64,000 nucleotides of DNA from IMG/VR virus record IMGVR_UViG_3300046003_007892, positions 1 through 64,000 of that record; one strand, written 5' to 3'. How positions within the stretch are numbered: position 1 is the first letter of the stretch; each line of letters begins with the position of its first letter. The notes beneath the pieces are model-generated. The model had not been told where the DNA came from, did not search any database, and saw nothing but the letters and a program-made list of their open reading frames with translations. Below are positions 27,623 through 37,525 of this stretch, one piece after another. A program made the translations under genes and the position numbers.

Positions 27623-27940
27623 TCAATAAGAAAATTTCTGCCGGGCGATTTTTCTGCGGCGAAGTATGGCGTGGGCCTCGACGGGGTGCGGAAACGCTGG
27701 CATCCCTTCCCTTCTCACAAATCGAATCTTTCCTTCGGGGGTCAGGTAGAAAAAGTTCGCGCCGCCACGCCTGACAAGTGCAGCCTCGGTCAACTTTTTC
27801 AATGCAGCAAGGATAGTCTCGGCAGTCAGACGATGTTTCCCCAACGCGTCGATTACCTTCTTCAACTCTCCTACGGACGTGGCTCTCGAATCATGAAGTG
27901 CGTGCCCGACAATACGCTGATTTTTTGATAGCTTAATCAT
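27623..27940 (-). CDS. Small basic winged-helix-like protein
   Basis: ILAALKKLTEAALV...FYLTPEG. Confidence 0.5.
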   Translation of the reverse strand: MIKLSKNQRIVGHALHDSRATSVGELKKVIDALGKHRLTAETILAALKKLTEAALVRRGGANFFYLTPEGKIRFVRREGMPAFPHPVEAHAILRRRKIARQKFSY

Positions 27941-27978
27941 GACTACATAGTAGATGACGGAACGGTCGTAGTCGAAAT

Positions 27979-28461
27979 TTAGATTGGACGAATCGCCCCC
28001 TCGGGGTTCACGATCATGATCTCGCCTCGGGGACCATCGGACATCCAGCCCTCGGCGCCAGTCTCGGCCAAATGTGCTGCCACGTCCATGTGCCCGTGCT
28101 CGGGGTCTCCAGTCAGTGCGAAGGCGAGTTCGTAATAGGTCCGGGCGTCGGTGATGTCATAGAGGGTCAGGTCGCGGGTGGTCTCGTAGGAGAGAACCCG
28201 TTTACGGCCCTTATAGTAGGAATCGCCCTGGTTCGCCCATCCGGCCCATTCCTTGGCCGCGCCGTCGTCAATGGTGAACCACGCGCATGGCCCGTTTGGG
28301 ATTTCGAAGTCGGTTGGGTTGTCGGTGCCGTGATGAAGGACGGTCCCAGCAGGCAAGACTTTCTTGGGGAAGCGGCTCAGTGGCCAGCGGTCATCAGGCG
28401 CGCGCTTCTCTTCGTCGAAGGCATCCAAGGGGTCTTTGAAGGCGATCTCGCTGTATCTCAT
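27979..28461 (-). CDS. Putative packaged ART-like protein
   Basis: MRYSEI; LPAGTVLHHGT...AWFT...A..WA...GEIMI. Confidence 0.5.
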   Translation of the reverse strand: MRYSEIAFKDPLDAFDEEKRAPDDRWPLSRFPKKVLPAGTVLHHGTDNPTDFEIPNGPCAWFTIDDGAAKEWAGWANQGDSYYKGRKRVLSYETTRDLTLYDITDARTYYELAFALTGDPEHGHMDVAAHLAETGAEGWMSDGPRGEIMIVNPEGAIRPI

Positions 28462-28673
28462 TGGCCGACTCTGGTTCGACCCTTGTTGCCGGGCTCAACG
28501 GCCGGAAGCTGATACGTGCTGTCGTTCATTAGCGCACAGACATGGAAGGCCACGCTCTCTGAGGCGAACTCCGCGATGGGAATGCGGGACAGGCTCGGGT
28601 TGTCGATGATACCCGCCGCCACGCCGGGGCGAAGGTCGTTGTTCTTGGCCAGGATGACGGAGTATCTTTTCAT
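28458..28673 (-). CDS. Small hypothetical protein
   Basis: ATGA coupling. Confidence 0.55.
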   Translation of the reverse strand: MKRYSVILAKNNDLRPGVAAGIIDNPSLSRIPIAEFASESVAFHVCALMNDSTYQLPAVEPGNKGRTRVGQ

Positions 28674-28680
28674 CAGATAT

Positions 28681-29016
28681 TTAGGTTGGGCGGAAGGTCT
28701 CGTCCATCCATGCCAAGGTAATATCCCGCGAAGCCTTGTCGGCGTCTCCGGTCACCGTGATCTCTTCGACCACGAGCTTGGATTCTGGTCCCCATATTTC
28801 CCAGACGGTATCGTCGGCGGTGGCTTCCCGGAAGACTGCTGCGATTTTCCAGTCCGATGCCTCGATCTCCACGTCGTGCGCCCCACGAGGGTCCCTCCTG
28901 GAATCGATTTTAAGAGTGAACTCGACGCCGTTCGAGCGAAAGCCGAACCCTCGTCCGTTGGCTACTCCCATCGCCAAGGCGAAAGCGGTTCGCACAATAA
29001 TCCTGGCGTCGATCAT
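28681..29016 (-). CDS. Hypothetical protein
   Basis: Coupled ORF; ends RDITLAW like neighbour. Confidence 0.6.
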   Translation of the reverse strand: MIDARIIVRTAFALAMGVANGRGFGFRSNGVEFTLKIDSRRDPRGAHDVEIEASDWKIAAVFREATADDTVWEIWGPESKLVVEEITVTGDADKASRDITLAWMDETFRPT

Positions 29017-29426
29017 TCGGCTTCCATCTCGGCGATCATCGGGAAGAGGGTGATGTCGCGCTCAAATCGGTCCCGGTCCCCGTCGAACTTCAAGATCATC
29101 AGGGGACCGTGGAAGGTCGTGGTTCCGTCCGACTGCGCCCGCATTCCATACAGGGTTCTGCGCCCCATTCTCGGGACGGTAAGGAGGGCGTCGTGCGGCC
29201 CAGCCGTCCAGCCGTCGAATGGGATGCCAAGACCGAGCGTCGCTTGCCAGTAGAACTGCCCCTGGTCGGTGTCGATGCTTCGCGACAACCGAACCCGCAG
29301 GCCAGATCGGGAATTGTTTTTCAGAACCTCAGCATGGTAGTCGCCCCCGCTGGCCTCGAACCACGCACTGGGCTGATTCCAGACATGCTGCCACACGCGG
29401 GCAATGAGGCGCCCCATCGGGCTCAC
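29013..29426 (-). CDS. Hypothetical protein
   Basis: Coupled ORF; ends FERDITLF. Confidence 0.6.
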   Translation of the reverse strand: MSPMGRLIARVWQHVWNQPSAWFEASGGDYHAEVLKNNSRSGLRVRLSRSIDTDQGQFYWQATLGLGIPFDGWTAGPHDALLTVPRMGRRTLYGMRAQSDGTTTFHGPLMILKFDGDRDRFERDITLFPMIAEMEAE

Positions 29427-30274
29427 AGGAGTCGCATACCGCCCATCGACGCCGCCATGGCTTCGGCGAGAAGGCTGTCGAACTCCGACTTGGCGCCGGG
29501 GTCGGTGTCGAGACGGGACATGATCTCGAACGCCTTGTTGACCTTGCGGGTCTCATCGTTCTCTTCGAGGTTGGGCCCGTTGAAGTAGAAGGTCGAGCCC
29601 TCGTCGTCGATGTCATAGGCGGACGCGAAACCGAGGTCTTCGCGTTTGCACGAGAACAGATCGGACGGGCGGAACCCCTGCGCGTTGACCTTGTTCAGCG
29701 GGTTCTCGGGGTCGTCGTTCCACGCCAGCTTGACCTCGACAGCTTCGCGGGCAGTCGGGGTGCAGACGATTCCGTGGTAGTCCGACGAACTCACGCCGCC
29801 CTTGTAGGACATCGAAACCCGCCAGCGACGTTCGCCGGGCCCGGCCTTGGGATACGGCTTGCCCTCGGGGTCGCACTCGGACATCAGAACTCCGTCTTCG
29901 TTGACGTGTTCGCCATCGGCGTCCTGAAGAACCGTGCCGCTGAGATAGACGCTGCCGCTATCGTATTCGTGCAGCTTGAGGACGATGTCGTCCAAGCGGA
30001 TGAGGCGATTGATTTCCTCGCGGGCGTCGGGGAGGACGGGCGTGAGGCGAACGGCCTTGGGCCAGTGACGACCCAGAACAGTTTCCAGCTTGGCGGCGGT
30101 GCGGGCGCGGAAGCGGTTCCAGTCCTTGGCGATACGCTGCTGACGCTCTTCCTGATCGCGATTGCGGCGACCATCGGCGGCCAATGACAGGGTCTCGCCC
30201 AGATCGTAGAAGAGGACACTGCCCTCGACTGCGGCGGCGAGGATGAGGCGGGTGGCGGCTGTGTAGTTGCGCAT
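29423..30274 (-). CDS. Hypothetical protein
   Basis: TTGACA-N16-TAATGG promoter (30281-30308) 6 nt before ATG. Confidence 0.7.
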   Translation of the reverse strand: MRNYTAATRLILAAAVEGSVLFYDLGETLSLAADGRRNRDQEERQQRIAKDWNRFRARTAAKLETVLGRHWPKAVRLTPVLPDAREEINRLIRLDDIVLKLHEYDSGSVYLSGTVLQDADGEHVNEDGVLMSECDPEGKPYPKAGPGERRWRVSMSYKGGVSSSDYHGIVCTPTAREAVEVKLAWNDDPENPLNKVNAQGFRPSDLFSCKREDLGFASAYDIDDEGSTFYFNGPNLEENDETRKVNKAFEIMSRLDTDPGAKSEFDSLLAEAMAASMGGMRLL

Positions 30275-30313
30275 ACGAGACCATTATCTCGTATCCCGAA
30301 CATGTCAACTATT

Positions 30314-30835
30314 TTAGCGCGCCCAACAGGCGTCCACGAAGGCAACGTCATCAGCCATCAAGGGTTTCTGGTCCTCGCCGAGCGGGATAGCTCGAACTTG
30401 AACGGGACCCATGAACCTCTGGACGGCAGCCGCGATCTTGGCGGTCATGGCTTCCAGGGGTTCGCCATACTGCTCCTGAACGGCCAGCCGAATGTCGTCA
30501 TCCGACATCCCCTCGTAGTCACCGTCCGTCATCCAAATCTCGCCGTAGCAATGCGTGCGGGACATCTGGAGCCGGTAGGCTTCGTTGTGGATGTCGAGAC
30601 CGGCGTGATCGCAAATGACGTCATGGGCAAGACAGCACCCGTCGCCGATGACGATCTGACCGTCTTTCATCAGAACGCCAGCGGCGCCCTGTGGATATCG
30701 GGCATTCCATTCCGCCTTGGTCGGCGCGAGGCAGATGACGGTCTTGCGATTATCACCGGGATTCAGGATTCGGTCCTGGTACACGATAGCCTCGCCAAGG
30801 ATACTCTCGACGATGATGTCAGCGTAGGTTTTCAT
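30314..30835 (-). CDS. Putative internal head protein
   Basis: MKTYADIIVES N-terminus, near-identical to that of 18922. Confidence 0.65.
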   Translation of the reverse strand: MKTYADIIVESILGEAIVYQDRILNPGDNRKTVICLAPTKAEWNARYPQGAAGVLMKDGQIVIGDGCCLAHDVICDHAGLDIHNEAYRLQMSRTHCYGEIWMTDGDYEGMSDDDIRLAVQEQYGEPLEAMTAKIAAAVQRFMGPVQVRAIPLGEDQKPLMADDVAFVDACWAR

Positions 30836-31692
30836 TTATTGGCCACGATGTGCTCGACGAAAGAAGTTATATGGGGCTTGAGCGGAGTCCCCAGTACCCA
30901 AGAAGCGAAGCAGTCGGCCCAGAACTCACCAAAGTTGTTTCTCGAATAGTCTCTCGGGAATGCGCCGGGGTCATTTTGAAGACACCAGTTGTATCGGTCG
31001 TTCAGGTGCACTCGGCAACCAGGGAAGCGGTACTCAAAACGATGGCCGAATTCGTGAATGATAGCGTGGATAAGGAACGGGTCGTTGGTGCTCGGCACAA
31101 GCCAAACATTATCTCCGGCGTAGTCGTAGTAACCGCCAACGCCGTGCCGGGTATGCTTGACACTAACGTCAACCGACATGAGCCAGCCCACCCCCTTGGC
31201 CTCCATGTAGCGACGCGCCGCATTGAAGCATCGCACCATCGCGTTTTTGTACGACTCGGAAATGCCATCACCATAGAAGATTATCTTAGTCTGACCAACG
31301 TCCACGGTCTCGACTTCTACGTTTGGGTCATTCGGGTCCAGGTCATTGAAGTAATCTGTGCCCTTAACGTATGGGAAGTTTACGGCCGGACGGTTCTTGC
31401 CTCCACGGCTCGTGATCTCGCGTCCCGCGCTATTCTGACCAGTGTTCTGACCAGTGTTCTGACCAACGTTGGAATAGTTTGAACCGCCATATTCTACGCC
31501 GTTGACAGTGACTGACCCCAACGCGCCGATAGATATGTTTACTCCGCCAACCTGGAACGATTGAACACTGCTTTCGCCACCAGTATGAGCGTATTCATTG
31601 AGGTGCTCGTCTGTGCAACAGCTACAACGAATTTCCGGTGCCTGGGACGTTTCGACGATGGCTAGGGATTTTCGTATATCGGAGTTGTCCAT
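30832..31692 (-). CDS. Putative packaged zinc metallopeptidase (lethal-factor-like fold)
   Basis: IIHEFGHRFE...YSRNNFGEFWADCF; TAAATA 31697-31702, 4 nt before ATG. Confidence 0.7.
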   Translation of the reverse strand: MDNSDIRKSLAIVETSQAPEIRCSCCTDEHLNEYAHTGGESSVQSFQVGGVNISIGALGSVTVNGVEYGGSNYSNVGQNTGQNTGQNSAGREITSRGGKNRPAVNFPYVKGTDYFNDLDPNDPNVEVETVDVGQTKIIFYGDGISESYKNAMVRCFNAARRYMEAKGVGWLMSVDVSVKHTRHGVGGYYDYAGDNVWLVPSTNDPFLIHAIIHEFGHRFEYRFPGCRVHLNDRYNWCLQNDPGAFPRDYSRNNFGEFWADCFASWVLGTPLKPHITSFVEHIVANK

Positions 31693-31696
31693 CCGA

Positions 31697-31723
31697 TATT
31701 TATCACGGCTTGGTGGCTAAATA
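31697..31723. promoter_or_regulatory. Divergent late promoters TAAATA
   Basis: Each 4 nt before ATG (31692 minus, 31728 plus). Confidence 0.7.
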
Positions 31724-31727
31724 TTCG

Positions 31728-32324
31728 ATGCGAGAGTTCCTCAACATCCTGGCCGAAAACAGAGCCCAACCCTTTCCTGGTCTCACCCCGGAGTTCCTCG
31801 CCAAGCTGCGCGAGATTCGACACCAGTGCCGCATCGACAACGGCGGGGGCGGGTCATGCCACCTCGTCTCGGAATGGCTCGATGACGAATACGGATGGGA
31901 CCGTGTCAGCGGCACCTACACGTCCGCCGACTATCAGGACGTCGCTATCACGGGCCACCTCTGGAACCTCTTGCCCGATAACAGCATACTCGATGCAACG
32001 GCCGATCAGACCGGCGAGGGGCACGACATCCGAGTCATCCACCCCTCTGACCCCGAGTACCATCGCTATCGCCCCGAGTGGTATCCAGATTTCCATCCCG
32101 ATCACGAGGATTTCGAGAAATTTTGGGCTGAATATCAGCCGCTCAGTTTCCCCCACTACGACGGGAGCAAATATCCGAAGTTTTCTGGCGAGGACGACTA
32201 CACGGGTCAGAACCGTCTGCGGGACGAGCGCGGTGACTATTGGTGGTCAACCGACAAGGAACAACTGGCTCGCTATCACGACGAGCAGCAGCGCGAATAC
32301 GATTGGAAGCGCGGACAGTTCTAG
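31728..32324 (+). CDS. Putative packaged papain/transglutaminase-fold protein
   Basis: MREFLNILAE; GGSCHLVSEWL, GHLWN, ILDATADQ triad pattern. Confidence 0.6.
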   Translation: MREFLNILAENRAQPFPGLTPEFLAKLREIRHQCRIDNGGGGSCHLVSEWLDDEYGWDRVSGTYTSADYQDVAITGHLWNLLPDNSILDATADQTGEGHDIRVIHPSDPEYHRYRPEWYPDFHPDHEDFEKFWAEYQPLSFPHYDGSKYPKFSGEDDYTGQNRLRDERGDYWWSTDKEQLARYHDEQQREYDWKRGQF

Positions 32325-32782
32325 TAGTAGTCGTACCCGCTGCCACCGCTGCTGTTGTTCGATTCCCTCATCGAGCCCCTGACCAGCGCGATGAGCCACA
32401 TGACAATCCAACCCGCGACGTAGGCGACAAAGGTCGCGACGAGCCCCGCGAAAAACCATCCCCAGAATTTCGGATAGATGGTCACGAGTCGAATGAACCC
32501 GACGATTGCGCCGATCACCACGGCTCCGACGACGGGAGCCATGAGGTTTAGTCGCCCCCATTTACCCTCGTCACCGGAATCGACAATGAAGTCGGCGAAG
32601 CGGGCGACCGGATTGACGAACGGTTGTTTGGGCTCTGGTTCCTCGACCACGGCGGGCGGCTGGAAGTTATCGTCCATCGAAACCATCGACGTGGGGGCAG
32701 GCTCAGCGACAATGACGTCCCGACCACGTTCATCCTTGGAGAAGACGAACCCTTCTTGCTTGCGCGATGCTTTTCCCATCAC
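32321..32782 (-). CDS. Membrane protein
   Basis: Two hydrophobic C-terminal helices. Confidence 0.7.
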   Translation of the reverse strand: MMGKASRKQEGFVFSKDERGRDVIVAEPAPTSMVSMDDNFQPPAVVEEPEPKQPFVNPVARFADFIVDSGDEGKWGRLNLMAPVVGAVVIGAIVGFIRLVTIYPKFWGWFFAGLVATFVAYVAGWIVMWLIALVRGSMRESNNSSGGSGYDYY

Positions 32783-33169
32783 CTGCCACTATACCGTGCA
32801 GTTTTTTCGGTCAACCGATATCTTCGCGAAACGAAGAACGGCCCCCGAAGGTGCGCACCAACGGAGGCCGTCACAACCGACGCGGACGTGCTGCGGTCAC
32901 CAAGCGGCAGAGATCAGAAGCCTATCCGATCAAGCCCATGACGTGTCTGCAAGAGCGCGCCGCCCCCAACAGAATCCGCCTGATTGTGCATGGAGCCCAC
33001 CAGCCTAAGCGGGCCTCCCTTACGCGGGCAAACAATCCCGTTCCACCTAAGCCCGTTAAAGGCTGACCCTTGAGGATGACCGTAGTCTCCTGTCGGACTG
33101 ACATCTCGCCAGGGCGGTGCTGCAAAACACTTTCGCCGGTCTGGGTGGCCACCCTCGCCGACGAAATAA

Positions 33170-33703
33170 TCAGAGTCCGAGTTCTACTATGGCGGCGTGG
33201 AACTCCGCAATACGTTTCTTGTATGGCTCAAGGGCAATCGTCGGGTAACCGGCCAGTGCCGCCTTGGCGACCTGTTTCTCGGTGAAGAGGCCGACCCAGC
33301 CAAGGAAGTTGAGGTGATCGTATTGTTCTTCCAAGATGCCAAGCTCATAGCCGATATCGAAGAAAGCTTGATCGCCATCGAATGGAAATACCGGATGGCG
33401 GTCTGGAACCTCAACGATATATCGGCAGTCCGACACGTAGATGCCGTCGTTGAAGATCATGCGGAAGACGTCGCGGTCGATTTCGTTGTTGAAAAAGAAC
33501 CGAGCCCCCACCCAGGTGTAGTCTTTACCAAAGACCCATCCGCATAGTTCGTGGGTTTTCGTCCATTCATGGACGGGCTCACGTGTATAGTCGAAATACG
33601 GGTAGCCCATATTTGACAGGAATTGCGCCGCCGTCGAGCCCATGTTTGGGCGGTGGGCTTCCTGAATAGCGGACTTCATTTGCGACAAGGGTGGCAGGCT
33701 CAC
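33170..33703 (-). CDS. Hypothetical protein
   Basis: GTGA overlap start; FFFNNEIDRDVFRM. Confidence 0.6.
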   Translation of the reverse strand: MSLPPLSQMKSAIQEAHRPNMGSTAAQFLSNMGYPYFDYTREPVHEWTKTHELCGWVFGKDYTWVGARFFFNNEIDRDVFRMIFNDGIYVSDCRYIVEVPDRHPVFPFDGDQAFFDIGYELGILEEQYDHLNFLGWVGLFTEKQVAKAALAGYPTIALEPYKKRIAEFHAAIVELGL

Positions 33704-34209
33704 AGCCGACGCCCCCGAAGGTCCATGACCTGATAGCCGAGCAGACTGGCTTTCGCGGCGCATTCTTCCGAACGAATGCCCGCCCAACCGAAATCGTAGT
33801 CGATGACGCTGACCTCGGAACCCAACGCCTTCATGTCATCGTAGAAATCGTCTAGCTCCTGGCCGGTGGGCTCGAACACCCAGCCAGATTTTCGCAGCGG
33901 CGCCGCGAACGGAATATTTTTCCTGATAAGGGGCCCCAGCATAAGGGCCCAACGGTTCTCGAATCGCTCGGCGACCTCCTGGGACTGGAAAAAGAACTCC
34001 GAATTGAACTGGTAGTATCCGGGTTCGAGTTCCTCGGCCGCGCTCATCGCTTGCTGCATTGCCGGGCTCCGCAGCGTGACGACATACCAACCAGCCGCAT
34101 TGAGGGCATGGACCCCCAACTGCCCGCGAAGCCTCGGGGCTATACCGCCCCGCTGCTCCAGGTAGGCATTGATGGCGTCGTTGCCGAATGGAACGGTCGA
34201 GCGGCTCAT
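33700..34209 (-). CDS. Hypothetical protein
   Basis: Coupled ORF. Confidence 0.65.
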   Translation of the reverse strand: MSRSTVPFGNDAINAYLEQRGGIAPRLRGQLGVHALNAAGWYVVTLRSPAMQQAMSAAEELEPGYYQFNSEFFFQSQEVAERFENRWALMLGPLIRKNIPFAAPLRKSGWVFEPTGQELDDFYDDMKALGSEVSVIDYDFGWAGIRSEECAAKASLLGYQVMDLRGRRL

Positions 34210-34502
34210 TTGCCAGCTATGTCGAAGATGGAAATCATTTCGCCTTGGGGGAGATCACGGGTCACGGTGCGATTCAAGACCTCCTCAATGGCCCGTTCCA
34301 TGGCGAAGTTGGTCTCGTAGACGGACGTGCTCCGGTTGGGCTGACCGTCCAGCCATTTCTTGGCTTCGATCAAGACGGCGGTGACGTCGCTCGCGTAGGT
34401 GATGAGGTCATGGATATCCCCGGCCTCTTCGGGCGTCGTGTCCGGGCTCGCGGCGAACCCGGACAGGCGCGCGACCACGGCAGAGATGTCGTTCTTGGCC
34501 AT
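34206..34502 (-). CDS. Hypothetical protein
   Basis: TGATG coupling (MAKNDIS). Confidence 0.6.
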   Translation of the reverse strand: MAKNDISAVVARLSGFAASPDTTPEEAGDIHDLITYASDVTAVLIEAKKWLDGQPNRSTSVYETNFAMERAIEEVLNRTVTRDLPQGEMISIFDIAGK

Positions 34503-34687
34503 CAGGATTTCATCCTCTGTTCGAACGCGTTCAGGTCGGCTTCCAGTTTCGCCATCCGCTCTTCGGACGTCAGCATAGGCGGAACCACAAGATTGGGCTC
34601 GTAGGTTTGTCGCACCCATGGGGACCGGACAGGAGGGCGGTTCTGCGAACGCTTCACCGCGAGGTTCATCATCGCGAGACTGGTCAT
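34502..34687 (-). CDS. Small hypothetical protein
   Basis: Fills operon gap, coupled. Confidence 0.5.
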   Translation of the reverse strand: MTSLAMMNLAVKRSQNRPPVRSPWVRQTYEPNLVVPPMLTSEERMAKLEADLNAFEQRMKS

Positions 34688-34688
34688 G

Positions 34689-35036
34689 TCAGGTATCCAC
34701 GTTGTAGCGGAGTTTGAACTCGACGGCGTCCTTGGCGTCCTCGAAGGCGATCACGTAACGGTCTTCGATCTCGTTACCCAGGTTGTCCTCGGGTTCCAGA
34801 GTCTGATATTCCGCCATGACGAAATCACCCTTGAGGATTTCTTTCGCGTGGAGTTCGCCGATCATCGCCGAGTATCCGCCATGGTAGACGATCACGCCGT
34901 GCACTAGCGTCCAACCGAGGGCCGCCATGTGCAAAACCGCTTGAAGATCGCCGCGCGCCTCGGATAGTTCCCGCACGGCGGTGCGAGTTCTGGCGAGTTC
35001 GTGCTCGCAGTCCGAAAGGGCGGCGGTACGTCTCAT
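34689..35036 (-). CDS. Small protein, FxDxxDAxxFKL family
   Basis: ends AFEDAKDAVEFKLRY; ATGA start. Confidence 0.65.
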   Translation of the reverse strand: MRRTAALSDCEHELARTRTAVRELSEARGDLQAVLHMAALGWTLVHGVIVYHGGYSAMIGELHAKEILKGDFVMAEYQTLEPEDNLGNEIEDRYVIAFEDAKDAVEFKLRYNVDT

Positions 35037-35260
35037 CGCTGACGAATCACAAAGACTTCGGAGGCCGAGTCCTGCCAGACGTAGTAGTGCTCGCCGGGCG
35101 TGTCGCGCATCTTCTCGCGGCCGAACCACTGATAGAGGTCCGTGCCGTCGAAGCGATAGAGCTTCAGTTCCGTCCAGGAGTTCTTCGGCATCTGATTGTA
35201 GGCCGCCTGTTCGAGTTCAGGAACATGAGTGCGGGCGGCGTCTTCGACTTCAGTAAACAT
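35033..35260 (-). CDS. Small hypothetical protein
   Basis: GGAG SD; TTGACG-N16-TATCTC promoter 35282-35309. Confidence 0.6.
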   Translation of the reverse strand: MFTEVEDAARTHVPELEQAAYNQMPKNSWTELKLYRFDGTDLYQWFGREKMRDTPGEHYYVWQDSASEVFVIRQR

Positions 35261-35320
35261 GGGAGTCTCCATTTCACGACAGAGATACCACAAGTTGGTT
35301 TACCGTCAAGTAAATAGGGT

Positions 35321-35884
35321 ATGCGCTACTTCAACATCTTTGAATCAAAATCGGCTCCGCTCTACCACGGAACCGATCTCCTGTTGTTGGCTGCCATCGT
35401 GCAGGGGAACTTTCTCCACAAAGGCATCAACTGGGGGAGGCCTGGGGAACCCAACGGGCCTCGCCTGACCCGCAACTACGGCACGGCATACTCCTTTGCC
35501 AACGACAACGAGTTTGGCATGGGCGGGGTCCTAGTGCTCGACCAGATGAAGATCGCGCAGCGGTATCGCATTCAACCCTACGCCGACGTGGATGCCTCTG
35601 GAGAGCGTTGGGTTAACGAATTTGAAGAGGTGCCGATCACGAGTGAGATCGGCCCGCTGAATCGATATCTGATTTCGATCAATGCTGACCCGGCCCACAT
35701 CCAGACGGTGATGGCGGACGAAGACCTCATGGGGCACCGCTGCGCGGAAGCCAGCCATTGCATTTCGGAAACGTTCGCGACCTACGAGGAGTGCCACGAC
35801 GCCCTCGATCATCTCCTGAAACACCCGATGCTCAACCGGATGGTCCCGCGAGGCCGAGATACGCCGCTGGGTTGGCGGGTCTAA
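35321..35884 (+). CDS. Putative packaged ADP-ribosyltransferase-like protein
   Basis: MRYFNIFES; LYHGT, RLTR, EFEE; TAAATA 35311-35316, 4 nt before ATG. Confidence 0.6.
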   Translation: MRYFNIFESKSAPLYHGTDLLLLAAIVQGNFLHKGINWGRPGEPNGPRLTRNYGTAYSFANDNEFGMGGVLVLDQMKIAQRYRIQPYADVDASGERWVNEFEEVPITSEIGPLNRYLISINADPAHIQTVMADEDLMGHRCAEASHCISETFATYEECHDALDHLLKHPMLNRMVPRGRDTPLGWRV

Positions 35885-35886
35885 TG

Positions 35887-35920
35887 CAAAACGCCCTCCC
35901 GGCCTGACCGGAAGGGCGTC
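35887..35920 (-). terminator. Intrinsic terminator after large ncRNA
   Basis: GACGCCCTTCCGG-TCAGG-CCGGGAGGGCGT-TTTG. Confidence 0.75.
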
Positions 35921-35924
35921 ACCA

Positions 35925-36868
35925 ATGGACACGGCGGGGAGAATCGAACTCCCTGACGGATATGCGTCAGCGTCATTTCGCTCACCAGCCAGGATGCTTA
36001 TCCAGACTGACTTCCACATCCTCGCCGAACGTGAAGAGGGAGGATTCTCACCTCGGCCCCCGGTTTCCAAAACCGGTGCTCTCCGACCGCTCAGGTTTGT
36101 CCTGTGGGGAGTTTCGAACCTCCGTCACCAGCCTCGCCGTTGCGTCCCGTCCCCTTTCTCACGACCCGCGACGTCGCTACACTTCAGTTCCGACTCTGAG
36201 CTACCTCAACCTAGTATGACCGGGGGATTCGAACCCAACCCCGAAAGGCCTTACGACCCCGGTGTCCACCGTGGCGGGCTCGCCATATCCCTTCGCCGCC
36301 CCGCAGCCTAGGGGAGCGACGACCGCAGCCGGTCAATTCCTTATGCCCATTCGGGCAAATTCGCGTGGAAGGCTCGCCCCTTGGTGCCAAGGAACATTCG
36401 AACGCCCACAAACAGACCGCCCTCCGGGAGCCGTTCCCCGCGCGCGGCGGGTCAGATGTCCTACACTGCTGGCGGAACCCTCCTAGCACCGGAGAGAACG
36501 TTCAGCGAATTATCGGAACGGAGCAGTTTAGGCTTACGCGCGCTATCTTGATAGGGAGGCCTGGGGACTCGTATGTTCACCCGAGGTTCTTTAAGGTCCC
36601 CCGCATAGGGGCCCATCCATCCTGTTATCCGTCCTCAACTGAAAGACGGGTGTTCGACGCCCGACTCCCAATACTGTTGCCCGTTCGGGCGAAATGATGC
36701 TGCTCGGGGGACTTGCACCCTTCTCTGGCTTTCTCGGCGGCAGCTTTCCCGCTTCGTCTACCAGAACCTTACACTGACCCCCAGGTTCCCTGAGGCGAGG
36801 CGTCCTATGCCTCCTTACGCTGCTCTCCACCGCATGCGGTTCGGAGCGGCGCGTGCAGCCGACCAACG
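35925..36868 (-). ncRNA. Large (~950 nt) structured ncRNA candidate with several tRNA-like modules (GOLLD/ROOL-like?)
   Basis: Own promoter and terminator, no credible ORF, many hairpins, 5 T-loop-like motifs, 3' T-arm plus CCA. Confidence 0.7.
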
Positions 36869-36873
36869 CCTTC

Positions 36874-36902
36874 TACCTACTCGGGACTGCGTTGCCTGTC
36901 AA
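36874..36902 (-). promoter_or_regulatory. Sigma70-like promoter of the large ncRNA
   Basis: TTTTTGC-TTGACA-N17-TAGGTA. Confidence 0.6.
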
Positions 36903-36919
36903 GCAAAAACTTTCGACCA

Positions 36920-37195
36920 TCAGCAGAACCGCAGGCGATATTTGGCGAGATCGAGATCGCAGTCGAAGCACATGATGAACTGCGACCAGGGCACGACCGG
37001 AGCCATGCTGGGCTTCCACACCGGTCCCGTTTGCACGCCGGGGAGCGCGATGCTGTTCTCGATGCACCAAAGCTGAGCCTCTTTGGTCAAATCAGCAACA
37101 AGGCTGATGACGTCGATGCGCAACCCGTCGTTTTTCTCCAAGAGGACGATACGGCCAGCAACAACCTCGAAGTTGGTGATCATCGAAGCCGTCAT
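36920..37195 (-). CDS. Small protein, FxxxxDxxxY/FxL family
   Basis: ends CFDCDLDLAKYRLRF. Confidence 0.6.
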   Translation of the reverse strand: MTASMITNFEVVAGRIVLLEKNDGLRIDVISLVADLTKEAQLWCIENSIALPGVQTGPVWKPSMAPVVPWSQFIMCFDCDLDLAKYRLRFC

Positions 37196-37521
37196 AGGAA
37201 GAGCATCTGGAACAGGACGGCCTCCGCCGCCGTATTGAAAGAAATCAGGCCAACCTGCGCCGTTTTATACAGATCGGAACCACGATCATTATAACGTTCG
37301 TGCATATTCCGGTCGTTGTAAAGTTTCACGACACAGACATAGGCGGAAAACTGCTCGTTGGCCACGATGAGTTCGTGGACCTCCTTCGCGACGGTGAAGT
37401 CGCGAGAATGCGGAAACCGGCGCAGCTTTGGCGCCAGCGTCACCTCGAAAGGCAGAGGGTAGATGACGTCGCGCAGGAACCCCTTATCCCGCCGCCAGTT
37501 CGCTGACCAGTTGGGGTTCAC
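37192..37521 (-). CDS. Small protein, same C-terminal family
   Basis: ends SFNTAAEAVLFQMLF. Confidence 0.6.
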   Translation of the reverse strand: MNPNWSANWRRDKGFLRDVIYPLPFEVTLAPKLRRFPHSRDFTVAKEVHELIVANEQFSAYVCVVKLYNDRNMHERYNDRGSDLYKTAQVGLISFNTAAEAVLFQMLFL

Positions 37522-37525
37522 GGGT

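Noticed and set aside
31432-31470. Short tandem repeat (CTGACCAGTGTT units) as possible CRISPR
   Set aside because: In-frame GQNT peptide repeat with no spacers. No CRISPR array or cas gene seen in the window.
32790-33165. ORF 32922-33152 or ncRNA in this gap
   Set aside because: Atypical codon usage and no recognisable RNA motif; neither call supportable.
35925-36866. ORFs across the large non-coding region
   Set aside because: No SD or codon bias and they overlap RNA hairpins; read as ncRNA.
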